Shown here: in pieces, positions 49,501 to 63,416 of the stretch | How the letters are laid out: each line of letters starts with the position of its first letter | Numbering within the stretch: position 1 is the first letter of the stretch | Program-made: the position numbers and the translations under genes | The notes under the pieces: generated by a model | What the model was told of the DNA's origin: nothing | What the model saw: only the letters and a program-made list of their open reading frames with translations | The model's database searches: none | Source: Azolla caroliniana | Taxonomy: Eukaryota > Plantae > Polypodiophyta | Reading direction: 5' to 3' | Assembly (NCBI GenBank): GCA_043228905.1 | Contig: JBHGNT010000070.1 | Coordinates: 62,498-126,497, forward strand | Length of the DNA stretch: 64,000 bases

Positions 49501-52490
49501 GCTCAAAACGGGACAAATGAAACAACAATTTTGGGAAGATGTAATCTCCACAGCCTGCTATCTGCAAAATAGGACTCCTCACATTGCATTACAAGGCCAA
49601 ATTCCATTTACATTATGGTATGGTAACATACTTAATGTTTCCTATCTCAAAAATTTTGGTGCAGTAGCCTATGTATATGTAAATCCACATCACAGATCAA
49701 AGCTAGATGATAGATGCTTCAAAGGACGGATCATTGGGTATGTGGAGCAAAATGGTCTCAAAGCATACAAAATATTCAACCCGCAAACAGGTAAAACAGT
49801 TTACAGTAGGTCAGTAAAATTTGATGAATTGTTCCTTTTACAGAGAAATGGAGAGACTATAACTAGTGAAGATGGAGAAGATCCCGCATGTCTACCACAC
49901 TTGGTGGAAAACAGACCACGATAGTATTTACCCAAATGACTCGTCTCAGTTACATCTCCTGACGATGCAACAAAAGATTCTCCATCGCAGATGCACTCGG
50001 AATCCCAACATCAAGGGACAACCATCGAGAACTCAAGCCCTCGTCTTTCATGTCCCAACAACCCTGCGACATGCTCTCAACTTGACGTGTTAAATATAAT
50101 AACCTCATCATCTCCATTAATGGTAGAGAGACAGTCTCATAGGTATCACATAACAGATGAGAGTAGAAATACTTATTGTCGCAGCCCGATCTCAACCGCT
50201 GCTTTCTATAGTCGTTGCAATGGCACCACAGCCTAGATGCTCGAAGGAAAACACACACAAAAATGATAGAATGACATAATTAGAGAGCAGAGCAAAAAGG
50301 GGAAAGCTAAACCTATGCAAGAACTGTACGAAACTACAACTACCATCGTCGGGTATTTTGAATCTGTCATTGACTCTGACATTTCAGCCTTTGCCACGTA
50401 CGTCAAAGATGCAAGCATCGATTTTGCTCCTATTCTAACTCTAGAACAAGTTCTCCGAAGCAATGAAAAGGGAAGATGGCTACAAGCGGTACAAATTGAG
50501 GCAGATGCACCATACAAAAACAAGACATGGAGCCTTGTTCCAAAACCATCAAAATCAAACATTATTAGTTGTAAGTGGTTATTTACAAAAAACTTTGATC
50601 CTCAAGGCAATTCTGTTTGCTTCAAAGCCCGATTGGTAGCTAGAGGATCTCAAATTCTGGGGGTTGACTATCATGAGACTTTCTCTCCCACACTTAAACT
50701 CACTTCTCTCTGTCTCATATATTGCCATTACTGCATATTTAAATTTAGAACTCCATCATGTTGACATCGAGTCAACTTTCCTACATGGAGATTTGAAGGA
50801 GGATATCCATATGGAGCAGCCCCCAATACTTCAAGATAGTGCACATCCTGATTATGTATGCAAATTGCATAAACCTCTCTATGGCTTGAAGCAATCGCCG
50901 CGTCAATGGTATGCCAAACTCCATAACTTTCTCCTTCACAAAGGTTTTATGCAACTACAATCAGAACCAACATTGTAAATCCGCAAGCAGGATTCCAATT
51001 TCCTCTTATTATGAGTTTATGTGGATGACTTACCAATTGCTGGTACCTCCCGACATGACATTCTTCAAATTGTTAGGGAGTTACAAACTTCCTTTCCCAC
51101 CAAGCACCTTGGAGAACTTGAATATTTTCTTGGTCTAGAAGTCAAGTGCAATCGCAATACGAGAATCCTCTCCATCTCCCAAAATAAATCAGTTGATGGT
51201 ATTCTTCAAAAGTTTGATATGATGGATTGCTCCTCCATTGCTACTCCACTCACTATTCCTTGCCATCTATCTAGCTCTGACTCCCCCTCTACTACTGAAG
51301 AAGTTGCTTTTATGAAAAATATACCATATCACCAAATTCTTGGTAGTTTGCGGTACTTAGTGAGCTGCACCCACCATGATCTATCATTCTCCACAGGTTT
51401 TCTATCATGTTTTATGGAGCATCCAGGTCCCCGTCATTGGGAAGCCTTGAAACGTGTCCTTTGATACTTGAAATACACACGTGATATGACCCTCTCTTAC
51501 AAAGCTTTGCCCGTGTTCTCTAAAGGTGGAATGGTGGCTCCACTACATGGCTGGATAGATGCAGACTGGGGTTGTGACAAAGATACCTCACGATCTACAT
51601 CCAGATATCTTTTCACATTCAGTGGTGGTGCCATCACTTGGAAGACAAAGAAACAATCTACGGTGGCATTGTCCTCCATTGAGGCTGAGTATATTGCTGC
51701 CACCTTGGTCGCTAAAGAGGGGCTTTGGCTAAAATCCATTTTTTATGAACTCAACATTATCCACATTAATGAGTTCCATCTTTGGTGTGATAATAAGTCA
51801 TGTATTACGATAGCACGGAATCCAAAGATCACTGAACAGAACAAGCACATTCGGACCCGCTACCATTTTTTGTGTGAATTATTTGAGGATGGTACCATTC
51901 GCCTTGACTATACTCTTACCCTCCACATGTGGGCGGATTTCTTGACCAAACCAGTGCATGTTGTCAAACATTGGTCTTGTTGCCAACATGTTGGCCTCAA
52001 ATGTGGTGCTAGAGTTACGGGAGGGTGATAGAAACAACCAAAAGGTTTCAGAGCAACTACTTTTAGTTGTCACATTAACTCTACACCACATCTAGATTAC
52101 TTACTATTATTAACTATTACTGTTTTCCTTTTATTAGTAATTGTATTTTTAAACACATCCAACGTTCCCTCCACTTTCTCTATTATATAAAGAGGAAATT
52201 AGGAACGTTAGAGTGTGGTATTTTTATGCTCTAGCTGCTGTAGCAATTAACTCTTGTAGTTGTATTCTAGCTTGTTATCCCACCTTATTATCTATTACAT
52301 AACAGTTTCAATTCTCCTCATTTTTGTTCATGTATCTCTCATTTCCTTACAAGTGAGAGGTTTGAGGGGTATTTTTGGGAATTTCAATTAGTAAAAGTAT
52401 CTACTATGAGTGAGAGGTTTGAGGTTTGCGGGGTATTTTAGGGAAATTCAATTAGTGTAAAAGTATCTGCTATGAGTGAGAGGTTAGAGG
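46513..52490. repeat. Minisatellite with unit of about 53-63 bp (TTTGAGGGGTATTTTAGGGAATTTCAATTAGTAAAAGTATCTGCTATGAGAGTGAGAGG), split by a Copia insertion
   Basis: About 11 units at 46513-47144 and about 2 more at 52352-52490. Confidence 0.95.
47145..52351 (+). mobile_element. Full-length but disrupted Ty1/Copia retrotransposon
   Basis: LTRs 47145-47471 and 52026-52351 (TG...CA), 5-bp TSD AGTGA, PBS TGGTATCAGAGC and PPT GGGAGGG. Coding order is gag (CKYCKREGH), protease (WYLDTGATHH), integrase, RT and RNase H, with several stops and frameshifts. Confidence 0.97.
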
Positions 52491-53129
52491 TTAGAGTTCT
52501 ACTCAGGACCCTGGGAGATCAAGTGGATGAATGAATGTGATGGTGGATATTATGAGAAAAACTTGAGTCAAGAGTTTAATACCAATTTCCCTCTCCATTT
52601 GAGCTTTCTTTTAGGAGGACGACACATGCACACACATTAGATGGGTATTTTAGGGGATATCCTAAACTTCACTTGTGGAATATGTAGGGGAATTTCTGGT
52701 AAAAATCCTTCCCTATATGTTCTATCTACCATGTATGTTCCTTGTTCGCACCTCTACTCTAGCTTATTCCTTGATGAAGTGGAGGAAGCAACAAAAAGGG
52801 CGCGAATTCGTCACGACAAGCAACAAAAAGGAATTTCCTGAACACAACTTATATAAGGAAGGGAGGGGGGAGGTTTCGGTGAAAGAATTTCTGGCAAAAA
52901 TCCTCCCAATATGTTCTCTACCTTGATTTGCACCTTTATCTAGCCTCTTCCTTGACAAAGTGGAGGAAGCAAAGGGTTGCATGCATCACAATAAGAGATG
53001 TAAATTTCATCAACAATTTGTTTTTGATATGTTTATTATAATTATAGATTGACACATACGTGATATTAGAGAATACAAAATGACCCCAAGAATATTACAA
53101 AACCATTCGTTTTAAATTTACATAATAAA

Positions 53130-53500
53130 AATGATTTAATTTACTAAAAAAAGAATTAATTCACTAATAATGAATTAATTTACTAAAAATATTAAATGAT
53201 TAATTAGGGTTCCTAATTTCAGCCAAATTTAGGGTTTCAGGAATTAAAATATGAATTAATTCACTAATAATGAATCATTTTACTAAAAAATTAATTAATT
53301 CGTGAATAATTAAATAATTAGGGTTCTTAATTTCAACCAAATTTAGGGTTTCAGCAAAATCCTGAGTTTGGAGGCCGAGAACAATATGTACTTGTCATCA
53401 AGGGATGAAGGGGAGGCGAGGATGTAGGCCGAGAAGAATAAATATGATCGAAATTAGGGTTTTGACTAGAATTAGGGTTTTCAGCCGAAACCCTAATTTG
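53130..53500. repeat. AT-rich duplicated block with clustered telo-box-like TTAGGGTT motifs
   Basis: GAATTAATTCACTAATAATGAAT...ATTAGGGTT...AAATTTAGGGTTTCAG occurs twice. ATTAGGGTTTTCAGCCGAAACCCTAAT forms a hairpin at about 53471-53497. Confidence 0.7.
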
Positions 53501-54689
53501 GCGGCCGAGAACATAATGCAAGGGGAGGCAAGGGTGTAAGCATCGCGAACAAGGTGCAAGGTGTTGACTATTCCATGTTGCTCGCTTACAGCAAGTAGCA
53601 TTAAAAAAAATGATTTTGTTTTTCAAAAAAAGTTTTAAAAATAAACAAACGAATATTGTTACCTATATTTGTATTCGCATTCGTATGCATTCGTGAGGGA
53701 GGCCCCATGAATGCGAATATGTCAGTCTATGATTATAATACATATATATTTATCCATCTATCAATTAACTGTGTGTGTGAACATTTTGCTTTCATACATT
53801 TATGTAGATTGTGTGGTGATATTTCTTCTCTCTTTTTTCATGTATGAATGGGAATCTCGTTTGATTGCTTTGCGAATGCAGATGCGCTTTGTACAAATTG
53901 TAAAAGAAAGAAAGACTTTTAACATACTTTAGATCGCTTGATTGTTTGATCCTCCTCGATATTTTATTTTTGGCGATTATCAAAGAATCATCATGATAAG
54001 TTTGCAAATAAAACAAGTGCTTGCTGATGTAAAAAAAGGATAGATAGGTTGAATGCAAGTGTCATGGCTATACAATCTTTAGGTGCACATTCTTTATTAT
54101 ATTGACAATGAATTTGCATAGTTGATAGATGTTGATATTTTTTAATTGTCATTAGAGGTCAAATATGACCTATGAGGCCAATGGGAATTCCTTTGCACAA
54201 CATGTGTAAGTTGAGTCTTGATTCTTAATGCTTGAGAATTTTGTTGATGAATTTGTGTATTGCGATTGTAAGAGGAATATATGGAGTGATACAACCAAAT
54301 GGACAATTCAAGTATAGCAAACTCAAATCTGACTAAAGGTGGAACATTGCAATGTGTATGATGTGTTTGACAAATAGAGTGCAATATTCAAACTTGTGAA
54401 CTTTGTTACATGAAAAGTATGCATAATCGATGAGTCTTCTTGTATGTCACCTCCAACACCATGTTACATGTGAAAGGGAAAGTGAGTTGATTTGTAGGGT
54501 GGGGGGGAGGGGAGGGGAGGGGGAGAGAGAGGTTGCCATCGATCGAGAGAACTTTGTCAACCTTCTTGTAGCTTTTTCCGCAAGGAAGACATCAAGGAGT
54601 AGTTTGGGAGTTTTGAAATATACTAAGTGGTAATGCTAGGAGCTCGAAAGATACTAAGGTGCATATGGGAGAAGAGATTAAAGGGTGTT

Positions 54690-55410
54690 ATTGTAAGGTA
54701 TAGAGGAGTATCTTGGAAAGATACAGAGGAGGGGGTATATCTCGGAGTTTGGAACAATACTACAAAAGGGTAGTTTTGAGAGATAGTGAGGGGTATTCTC
54801 AAAGTTTTGAAGGATGCTAAAAGACAATTTTTGAAGAGATACAGAGGTGTATATTCGGGAGCTTGGAAGGATTGCAAGGGAAGAGAGGTATAAATTGGCA
54901 AAAATTGGAAAGCTACATAGGGAGGGTTAATTTGGGCAAATTGGAGAGATACAGGGAAGGGATATATCAAGTCACATCCATCAATTTCTACCATAGAAAG
55001 GGACCAACATATCTCCAACAATCTACACTATTGCCATTTGGCATATGTTGGTTTGAAGCATAAATGCATAGGAAGGAAACCAATTAAATTAATCTTTAAG
55101 AAAATAAATTGGTAATTTTACATTTTCATTCAATGTAAATTGGGCAAATTTGGAGAGTTACAGAGGGAGGGGTATTTTGGACAATTTCATTCCATGTAAA
55201 TTGGGCAAAATTGGAAAGTTACAGAGGGAGGGGGTATTTTGGGCAAAATTGGAAAGATATAGAGGGAGGGGTATTTTGGGAAATTTTGGAAAGATATAGA
55301 GGGAGGTGTATTTTGGGAAATTTGGAATATATGTATTATATAGAGGGAGGGGTATTTTGGGAAATTTAGAATATATATAGAGGGAGGGGTATTTTGAGAA
55401 ATTTTGGAAA
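54690..55410. repeat. Degenerate repeat array of about 38-40 bp (AGAGGGAGGGGTATTTTGGG.AAATTTGGAAAGATAT) upstream of UFL1
   Basis: Visible repeats; they also generate the periodic FPKIPLPLY/FPKYPSL pseudo-ORFs. Confidence 0.8.
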
Positions 55411-55466
55411 ACATGTCTTAGAATTTCCTTCTTGTTTTCTGAAGAAGGCGAAGAGGAAGGAGACGA

Positions 55467-55537
<71 letters not shown>

Positions 55538-55549
55538 TTTTTGGTCTCC

Positions 55550-58500
55550 ATGGATCCTGAGCTTCTGCAGCTGCAGAGGCTCTTCGAAGCGGCGCAGCAG
55601 GCCAAAGCAAGCACCAGGCTTTCGGAGCGCAACGTGGTTGAGCTGGTGACCAAATTGCAAGAGCTCCGATTGCTTGAATCCAACCTACTTCACACTGTTT
55701 CTGGGAAGGAATACCTCACACAGGTTTGATTTCCTTTTGCTTATTTATTTATCGTGTCTTGCTTATTTGGCATATACATGTTTTAGTGACTATGTATATG
55801 TAATATCGTTTCATGCACATGTTTCAAATGCTTCTATATGTATGCGCATCCACATACTCACGTGTTGTATATATGTATGCATATGAAGGAATTTACTATG
55901 CACATTCATGTATGTACTATGAACGCATTGTGTACATCTATGCATGTGTGTGTGCGCTATGCACGTTCATTTATGCACACAGTGTTCATATCCATGGAAT
56001 GGACATATGTAATACATGCATCCATGTATGTCCCTTTTCTTTATGTCAATCTATACGTCTTCACATGTTTTTCGATGCATGCATGCACATAATACGTGTA
56101 TCTGTGTATGAATTCATTTTTCATTTTTGTAGATTCATGTAAAACAAGTGCACCCATGTCGGATGCATTTGAAATAAATGCATACATAAGTGCACAGAGA
56201 AAGTGCATACATAATATTTTTCATCCATGGATTGCCGTGTTCTATCCAAATCTATACATATATATACATAACATGCGTGGCCATTTTTGCACTTCTTTTT
56301 ATAGCTGCGAATAAAACAAGAGCATCCATAAAATTAGGTGCTGTTCATAGGTGCACTCACCTAATGTGCTCGTTTTTTATGTATCAATTCCAATATCCGC
56401 ATATCGTCATATTACGTGCATCCATGAATTAACATTCCGTGTGCATTCCTTTATGACTCGGGGTATATGCATTTATATTCAATATGCATGCTTTGTGAGT
56501 GTGGCTATATGCAGAGTAGTTTCACAATTTTAATTGTAAGTTTGATACTTTGTTTATTAATTATTATTTTCATTTTATAATTTAAAAGAAATTCTTTTTG
56601 ATTTGGAGCATGCTTGATGATTCATCATAGTTTTTTTTTTTCCGTGGTTCAATTAATGATGATATCATACTTAGATTTCATGTTTAATGTTAGATCAAGA
56701 CTTTTATCATGAGTCCTATGCTTTGAAATGAAAAAAAATGATCTCTTTTTTACTTTTAATAGGTTTAGATGGAAATGATTAATTCCCAAGGTCATATTAT
56801 AGATTTATAAACGAAAATCACGAAAACCTTTAACTTTAATGCAGGACCATTTGAGACATGAGATGGAATTGGAGATTAGAAGACTTGGGCGTGTTTCATT
56901 AATTGAAGCTGCCAATGGGATTGGTGTTGATCTCTTTTATTGTGAGAGACAAGCGGAGTCTATCGTTGCTGCCCATACTGACCTAATGCTAGTGCAAGGA
57001 GAAGTAATTTCAACTGGATATTGGGATATGGTAGCTGAAGAAATTAATGAGAGTTTGCAGGAAGCAAGTCAAGTATCGTTAGCCGATCTTGCTGCACGTT
57101 TGAATGTCGGTTCTGAGCTACTCACAACTATGCTGGAGCCACGGATGGGAAATCTTGTAAGAGGTTAAATTAAGTGTTGTAAAAGATCATCTTCTTTGTG
57201 CTATTGCACTCCTCATTTTAAATGAAGCAATTGTGTCTATGAATGGAAAAATAGCACAGCCTGGGCTTGAATGTAGTAATGGTGGCGACTCCCTCAATCT
57301 AGTAGTGGACGTTGTTGAGTATGTGTATTGATAATAAAGATTTCCCCCTGGAGATATCTGAGATATGGGAATGTCGTCATGTTCCATAGCATAATTATAA
57401 TTAGCATTATCATCATCATTGTCATTGTTGCCAGTATCTGTGCAATGTGATTGATTGTAGATGTATGGTGCTGGGTTTTAAATTTCTTCTTTTTCCAATC
57501 ATGCCATCACAAATGGCCAAACTGAAGAGATCATTACCCTTTCCAAGTAAAGGATCCAAGCTTGAACATACCTACATTTTGTTGCTTTAAGAAAGATATG
57601 ACTGTACCTTTGACAAACAGTCCCCACATCCCCAGATGTATTTAATTGAGCTATTGACAGTCTGGAAGACATTGAAGGCCTCCATGTATGTATGTATTAT
57701 ACTCTGGACATGTGCATCGAGGTAAGCATGGATGTGGCCAATCCAATAAGTATCTTGACCTAGAGGAACGATAAACTCCACAAGTGTAGTAAAAATTGCA
57801 TGTCTCTCACATTCCAAATACTGAAATTGTAAATTTGGCAATAAAATATGCCAAATTTGGGTTAGCAAGTTTGATAGTGCATTTTATAGACCACAAAAGT
57901 ATGCTTATTTTTTCTGAAAACTATTGTAAATTATTGTATATCTAAACTTGTCTAGGGGCCCTGTCATTACAGATTCATGGGAAATTGGAGGGAGGACAAC
58001 TTTATACACAAGCATATGTTACAAGGATAAAATCAATGATTCGGGGGGCAGTTAGAGCACTCATGGTTCCAACAAATCTTTCAAATGTTTGGGATGTTCT
58101 GCAGCAACAACTTATAGGGACAAATGGTGGTCCTGGGGTAATCATTGGTGAAGGAAAGTTATTTCAAAGTTTGTTCAATGGACTTCTGAAGGAGGGAGCT
58201 TTCTCTGGCACACTTCGTGGGGGTGGATCTGTTTGGATCCCTGCAGTAAGATTCTTGTACATTGTGTTGCTCCTTTTATGATGTACTTCGTGCATATTGA
58301 AATCATGAATAGAATACATGAAGGGCTAAAGCTGCCTCTAGACATAGAAATATCAAATGGTTTACTTCTATATTTTGTATTTTGTTGAAACATTAGAAAG
58401 CAAACAGCATCACTTAAATTTGGTTTTAAAAATGTAAGTTAATCACGTCTCCATATGGCCATGATGGTAGAATTCTCTATGCAGTTCATCCTAATCCCTT

Positions 58501-61500
58501 ATAGTTAATCAACACCAAAGGACTCCCAGCTATGAATATGAACACCATGCTTGTTACACATTGTAATATTATGCCAGGATAGAAACATGACGCCATTTAT
58601 TGTTACAAACTTGCAGGTATTTGAAAAAGCTCAACATGAAGGGGTCGAGTCTTTTTACTCACAGGTTTCTTTTTTATTTAGGGAAAAGTGCTAATATCTA
58701 TGTGCTACGATAGATAAAGAAATATTCCTGGCATTAACCGTTACATTTGGACCTCAGAATTCATATGCAACTTATGATATGCTTCGAAGGTTTGCAATAT
58801 CACAACCTAAGCAGTTTCTTCAGGTAAGCCTATTTTGCAAAGTACTTGGAATGTATTCCTTGTGGCACTTTATATGATGGTGTGTAAATTTGCAGGAGAA
58901 GTATGCAGATGGCATCGCATTGGATTCTGTATTTGTACATTCCTCTTTGGTTAACATGATAGATGCAGCTGTAGACGAGGCAATTGATGGTGGTGGATGG
59001 TACAATAAATTGCCATATTGTTGGCCCTGCTTGTACAAAATACAAGATTGTAAGTAATGAAACTTTTGGTCTGTATGATCAGGATTGACTGTGTTGCACT
59101 GGTTCCATCAATGTTTTCATCATCTGATGTGGGTAAACTTGTATCCCTTTGCCCATGTGTTCAAAGGGCTGAAAAGGTAATTTTCTCTTTAAACAGTTTT
59201 AGGTTAAATCTCATTTCTTCATGCAATTTATATGCTTCTCCTTGCAGGAATCTAGAGCCATAATTCTCGCAGAGACCTGTGTGATAAGTGCTGGATTTCT
59301 GAAGGTAAGTTACTGTTTGTAAAGCCCCCAAGAATTTTACAATTGTTTCATTTATTTAAGTACCGGTATAGGGGAATACTACAGCAGGAATAATAGTCAA
59401 TATACATTAAACTTGAAGTTTCTTTAATTCCACTCCTTATAGCATCGAAGTATAATATTCAGATAATTTGGAAGCAAATACATACTTAAATTGACACTGA
59501 TTCATTGCTACAATCCGTTCATGCAATGAAATAGATTACCAATCTAGTGCATTCCATTTCAAGAAATATTTCCTTTCTCATTTGAAATCTTAGCAAAATT
59601 GTATACGAATAAAAGATAAGAGCTTTCACTTGTCATAAGCCTATTGATAGTGTCAAACATAACTAGGGATTCACTTTCCCTGGATTTTTTTAATTTCCCT
59701 ATAGGACATATATCATCCAATATATGGGGTGATCTTCACATGGTGGATATGGTTGTCCAAACAGATTACTTCAGCTGTTTTGCTTGCATGACATGGATAA
59801 CTAAGTATCTAAATTACTATGCATATCTGTCACTTGTAAACCCTCAACCTTATTACTTCTTGAAAGGTATGCAAGGATTTGTAAACACTGTCATCGCTAT
59901 CAATAGAATGTCCTTTGTTACGGAATTAATGGCTGAATCCACTCCCCAATGACCAGAATTTGAGGATTGAGCTACCTGAGTGAAAAGAAATATGATTTGT
60001 GGAAGAGGAATACAGACCTGCACTTCCAACATTCAAGCATCATTCTTTAGTGCAGGTTAAATTTTCTCTTCATGGAAGATTTCTTCAGGATCTTTGAAAA
60101 TTCTCTCATCTTGAATCAGCATCTATGTTGCATTATTTAAATTCCTTTGCTCTTTCACATATCGGTGAAGGCTCTTCTCATTAGTCTTCAATATTAGTGT
60201 CTTAGAGTGATCTCACCAGATTTAATTTGATTTAGCTTTCACCTGTAGGTTGAAACTTAAAGTTTTAGTAAACACCACTAGGCTCAAATGCTTGGTGCCC
60301 TTGCACGAGGAGAGGAAGGGACGTAACATCTCCAAAAAACCAAAATTGTCTATGATGTTTGAGAAGTTATTGCAACTGAAAATATTGTATCTTCTACGAG
60401 AAAAATGAAAGAAATGATGTGTATCTGCCCAAGTAGTAAGCATGCTTACAAAATCATATTCTAAGATCAAGTATGTTGAATTGATGTATACTCCTAAGTT
60501 ATGTTTTAGGGAAGAACTTTATGCTAGGCTAATCTTAGGTTTAGTGGTTCTTGGTATTGTCAAGGATTATCAAGGAGTGATCACTGTCATTCAGTATAAT
60601 GGCAATCTTTGTTTTGCTATTAAAGCTAGAGTTCCTGTTAGAGTTATGATCTTATGTAAGCATATGATAAGGATATAAGATATAAGAAAAAAGAAACGCG
60701 AGAGAGAAAGAAGGGTGCCGATCCACCCAACCACCCCCGAGCGAAGGGATTGAGACGGACTCGAGCCTCGATCGGCATCCCATACCACCGCCGTGTCGTC
60801 GAGTCGTACCTGGTGCTGGCGCGCTCGCTACAAGAGTTGACCCACCACAAGAACAGAATCTCGACGTAGTCAAGAGATGATCAAATGAGGGTAGCTAGGC
60901 CTCATATTTATAATGGCAATCTTTGTTTTGCTATTAAAGCTAGAGTTCCTGTTAGAGTTATGATCTTATGTAAGCATATGATAAGGATATAAGATATAAG
61001 AAAAAAGAAACGCGAGAGAGAAAGAAGGGTGCCGATCCACCCAACCACCCCCGAGCGAAGGGATTGAGACGGACTCGAGCCTCGATCGGCGTCCCATACC
61101 ACCGCTGTGTCGTCGAGTCGTACCTGGTGCTGGCGCGCTCGCTACAAGAGTTGACCCACCACAAGAACAGAATCTCGACGTAGTCAAGAGATGATCAAAT
61201 GAGGGTAGCTAGGCCTCATATTTATAGCGAGATCCAAGGCCCCCAGGCACGTTCACACTTGGCCTAATGGGTTGTCTCAATCCCGAGGATTAAAAGTGAT
61301 CCTCCCCTTCTTTATACTCTCATTTAACCTTCACACTTATCCATGTGTATAGAATACTACGGTAAATTCTCACCACGGGATATTATATGGTCATGCGTGT
61401 AACAGTTCCTGACCAACCAATCGAGATTATTCTCTAGTCATGTGGTTTGCGGATTACTGTCAGAGATGGAAGAACCATTTCTTCACATACCTGGATGTGG

Positions 61501-63334
61501 AGACGAAAGATGACTACTGATTAGAAGGATGTTGCTTCTGTGCGAATTTAAGTGATTAATAACCTGTGGCTATTATGAGTAATTTTTATGGGATCAAGTT
61601 GTATGTAGGAAAGTCTTCTATGATCTTCAGAAATCTAAATTTTTCTTTGAACTCTTCAGCTTGTTGTTGAACTTTCTAGAATGCTTTGGTGTTTTGTTTC
61701 TGCTGTTTAAAATTGAGCTAACTAATTTAATATAACCATCTTTCCTTAGGGACAAACCTATTGGCATGGTTAGACTTTCATTGACACTGACACTGATTTA
61801 AAATAGATTGGAAAACTGGAAGCTTTCTATCTTCCTTTTTATGATGTAGTAAGGTAAATTTTATCTATAGGTGGTGTCAGAAAAATTGGAAACTGAAGTC
61901 AGAGAGCTGGCGAAAATGTCAACAGTTACAGATCTTGTGGCACGTTTGAGTCAACATAATTCTGGGAATGGCATCTTGAATGCAGCTTCAGATGATAAGG
62001 AAGCTAACTCTAAAGGGAATGCTTCACAAGTAAAACCTGGTAAAAGAAAAGGAGCTACAAAATTCTCAGTAAATGAAGTTGTAGAAGATGAGTATGTTTC
62101 TGGAAAAGGATTAAAATCTAAGAAGAAGGGTGGAAAAGGAAAGGGTGGAAATTCTGAACTTGGTTCTTTAAGCAAAGGAGGCAGAGGAAATATAGAAAAA
62201 CAAGTTACACGAGGAGATGAGGTGCTATCTGAAGACTATATTTCGTCCCGGATTCTTGAAAATTTCCCTGATCTTGAGGGTGCTGGTACAGGTAATATAA
62301 TTATCTGTGACATTTTTTATGCTTGTATCTCATTACTAATTTTGATGTCTACATGAGAGCTTGAGAACGAGTATTTTCTGGTTAAGTTCTCCAAAACTGA
62401 TGCTGTTTGAATTGTGGTCCAAATCTTGTGAAGAAATCAAGAACCTCATTTGAGGTTGTAATTTACAGAAAACGGGAATTAATTGCTAAAAAAATGATGG
62501 GTTGTGCTGGTTCCGTACATGGGATGCACTCTATAACATGCAGTCTATATGTATCTTCATGATTACAATTCGTTTGGAAGGATTTGCAAAGTTCTTTGTT
62601 CTTACATGGTCATTCGACAACACAAATCTCTCTTTGCTATTTCGTTGCATGGATTTAACTCTTGAGCAATTTGTTATATTTTTTTTCCAGTTAGACTTTG
62701 GGCTCCGGTCATACTTTCCCTATCTTTTTTCGCATTCTAACGATGCCTTGAAGGATAGGGAAGTTCATAGCTATAATAACCTCTTTGAGTTCCAGGACAT
62801 TATTGATATTCATCTCTTTGTTCTAATTGTTATATATCTTTCTTTCTTTCTTTCTTTGTTCTAATTGTTTCTCAGTTTTCACGTCAAATGAACATTTCCC
62901 TACTAATGTACTAGTTAAGTCAAATGAACGTTTCCCTACTAATGTACTAGTTAAGTCAAATGAACGTTTCCCTACTATGTCATCTATCAAAGTTTTGTGA
63001 CTTGCTAGCATAATGCGGGGAACAGTGTTTCCTGCATGGTAAGCGGTATGAATGTAGCCCTTTTGAAAATTACGATTTCCCTTGCCATTCTACTGGTATT
63101 GCCTTCCTGCCTTTACTGTTGCTTCTCTTCCTTGCAAAATTTCTGATTCCCTGTCTATGTTGATTGAATTCCCCGTCCAGGATAATTGAATTTTGATCTG
63201 TCTATTTTTGTCTATCTATAATCACTAGTTCAACAGTGTTAAGTCTTTACTCCGGATAATATTTCAATTTGTGGAAACTTAAAGATATTATGTTTTAAAT
63301 ATGTGATATGTGTATTATGTTGTGGTTTAATGTC

Positions 63335-63416
<82 letters not shown>

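Noticed and set aside
55760-56470. Cluster of short ORFs in UFL1 intron 1
   Set aside because: Low-complexity ATGC/TATG-rich intronic sequence with no coding features.
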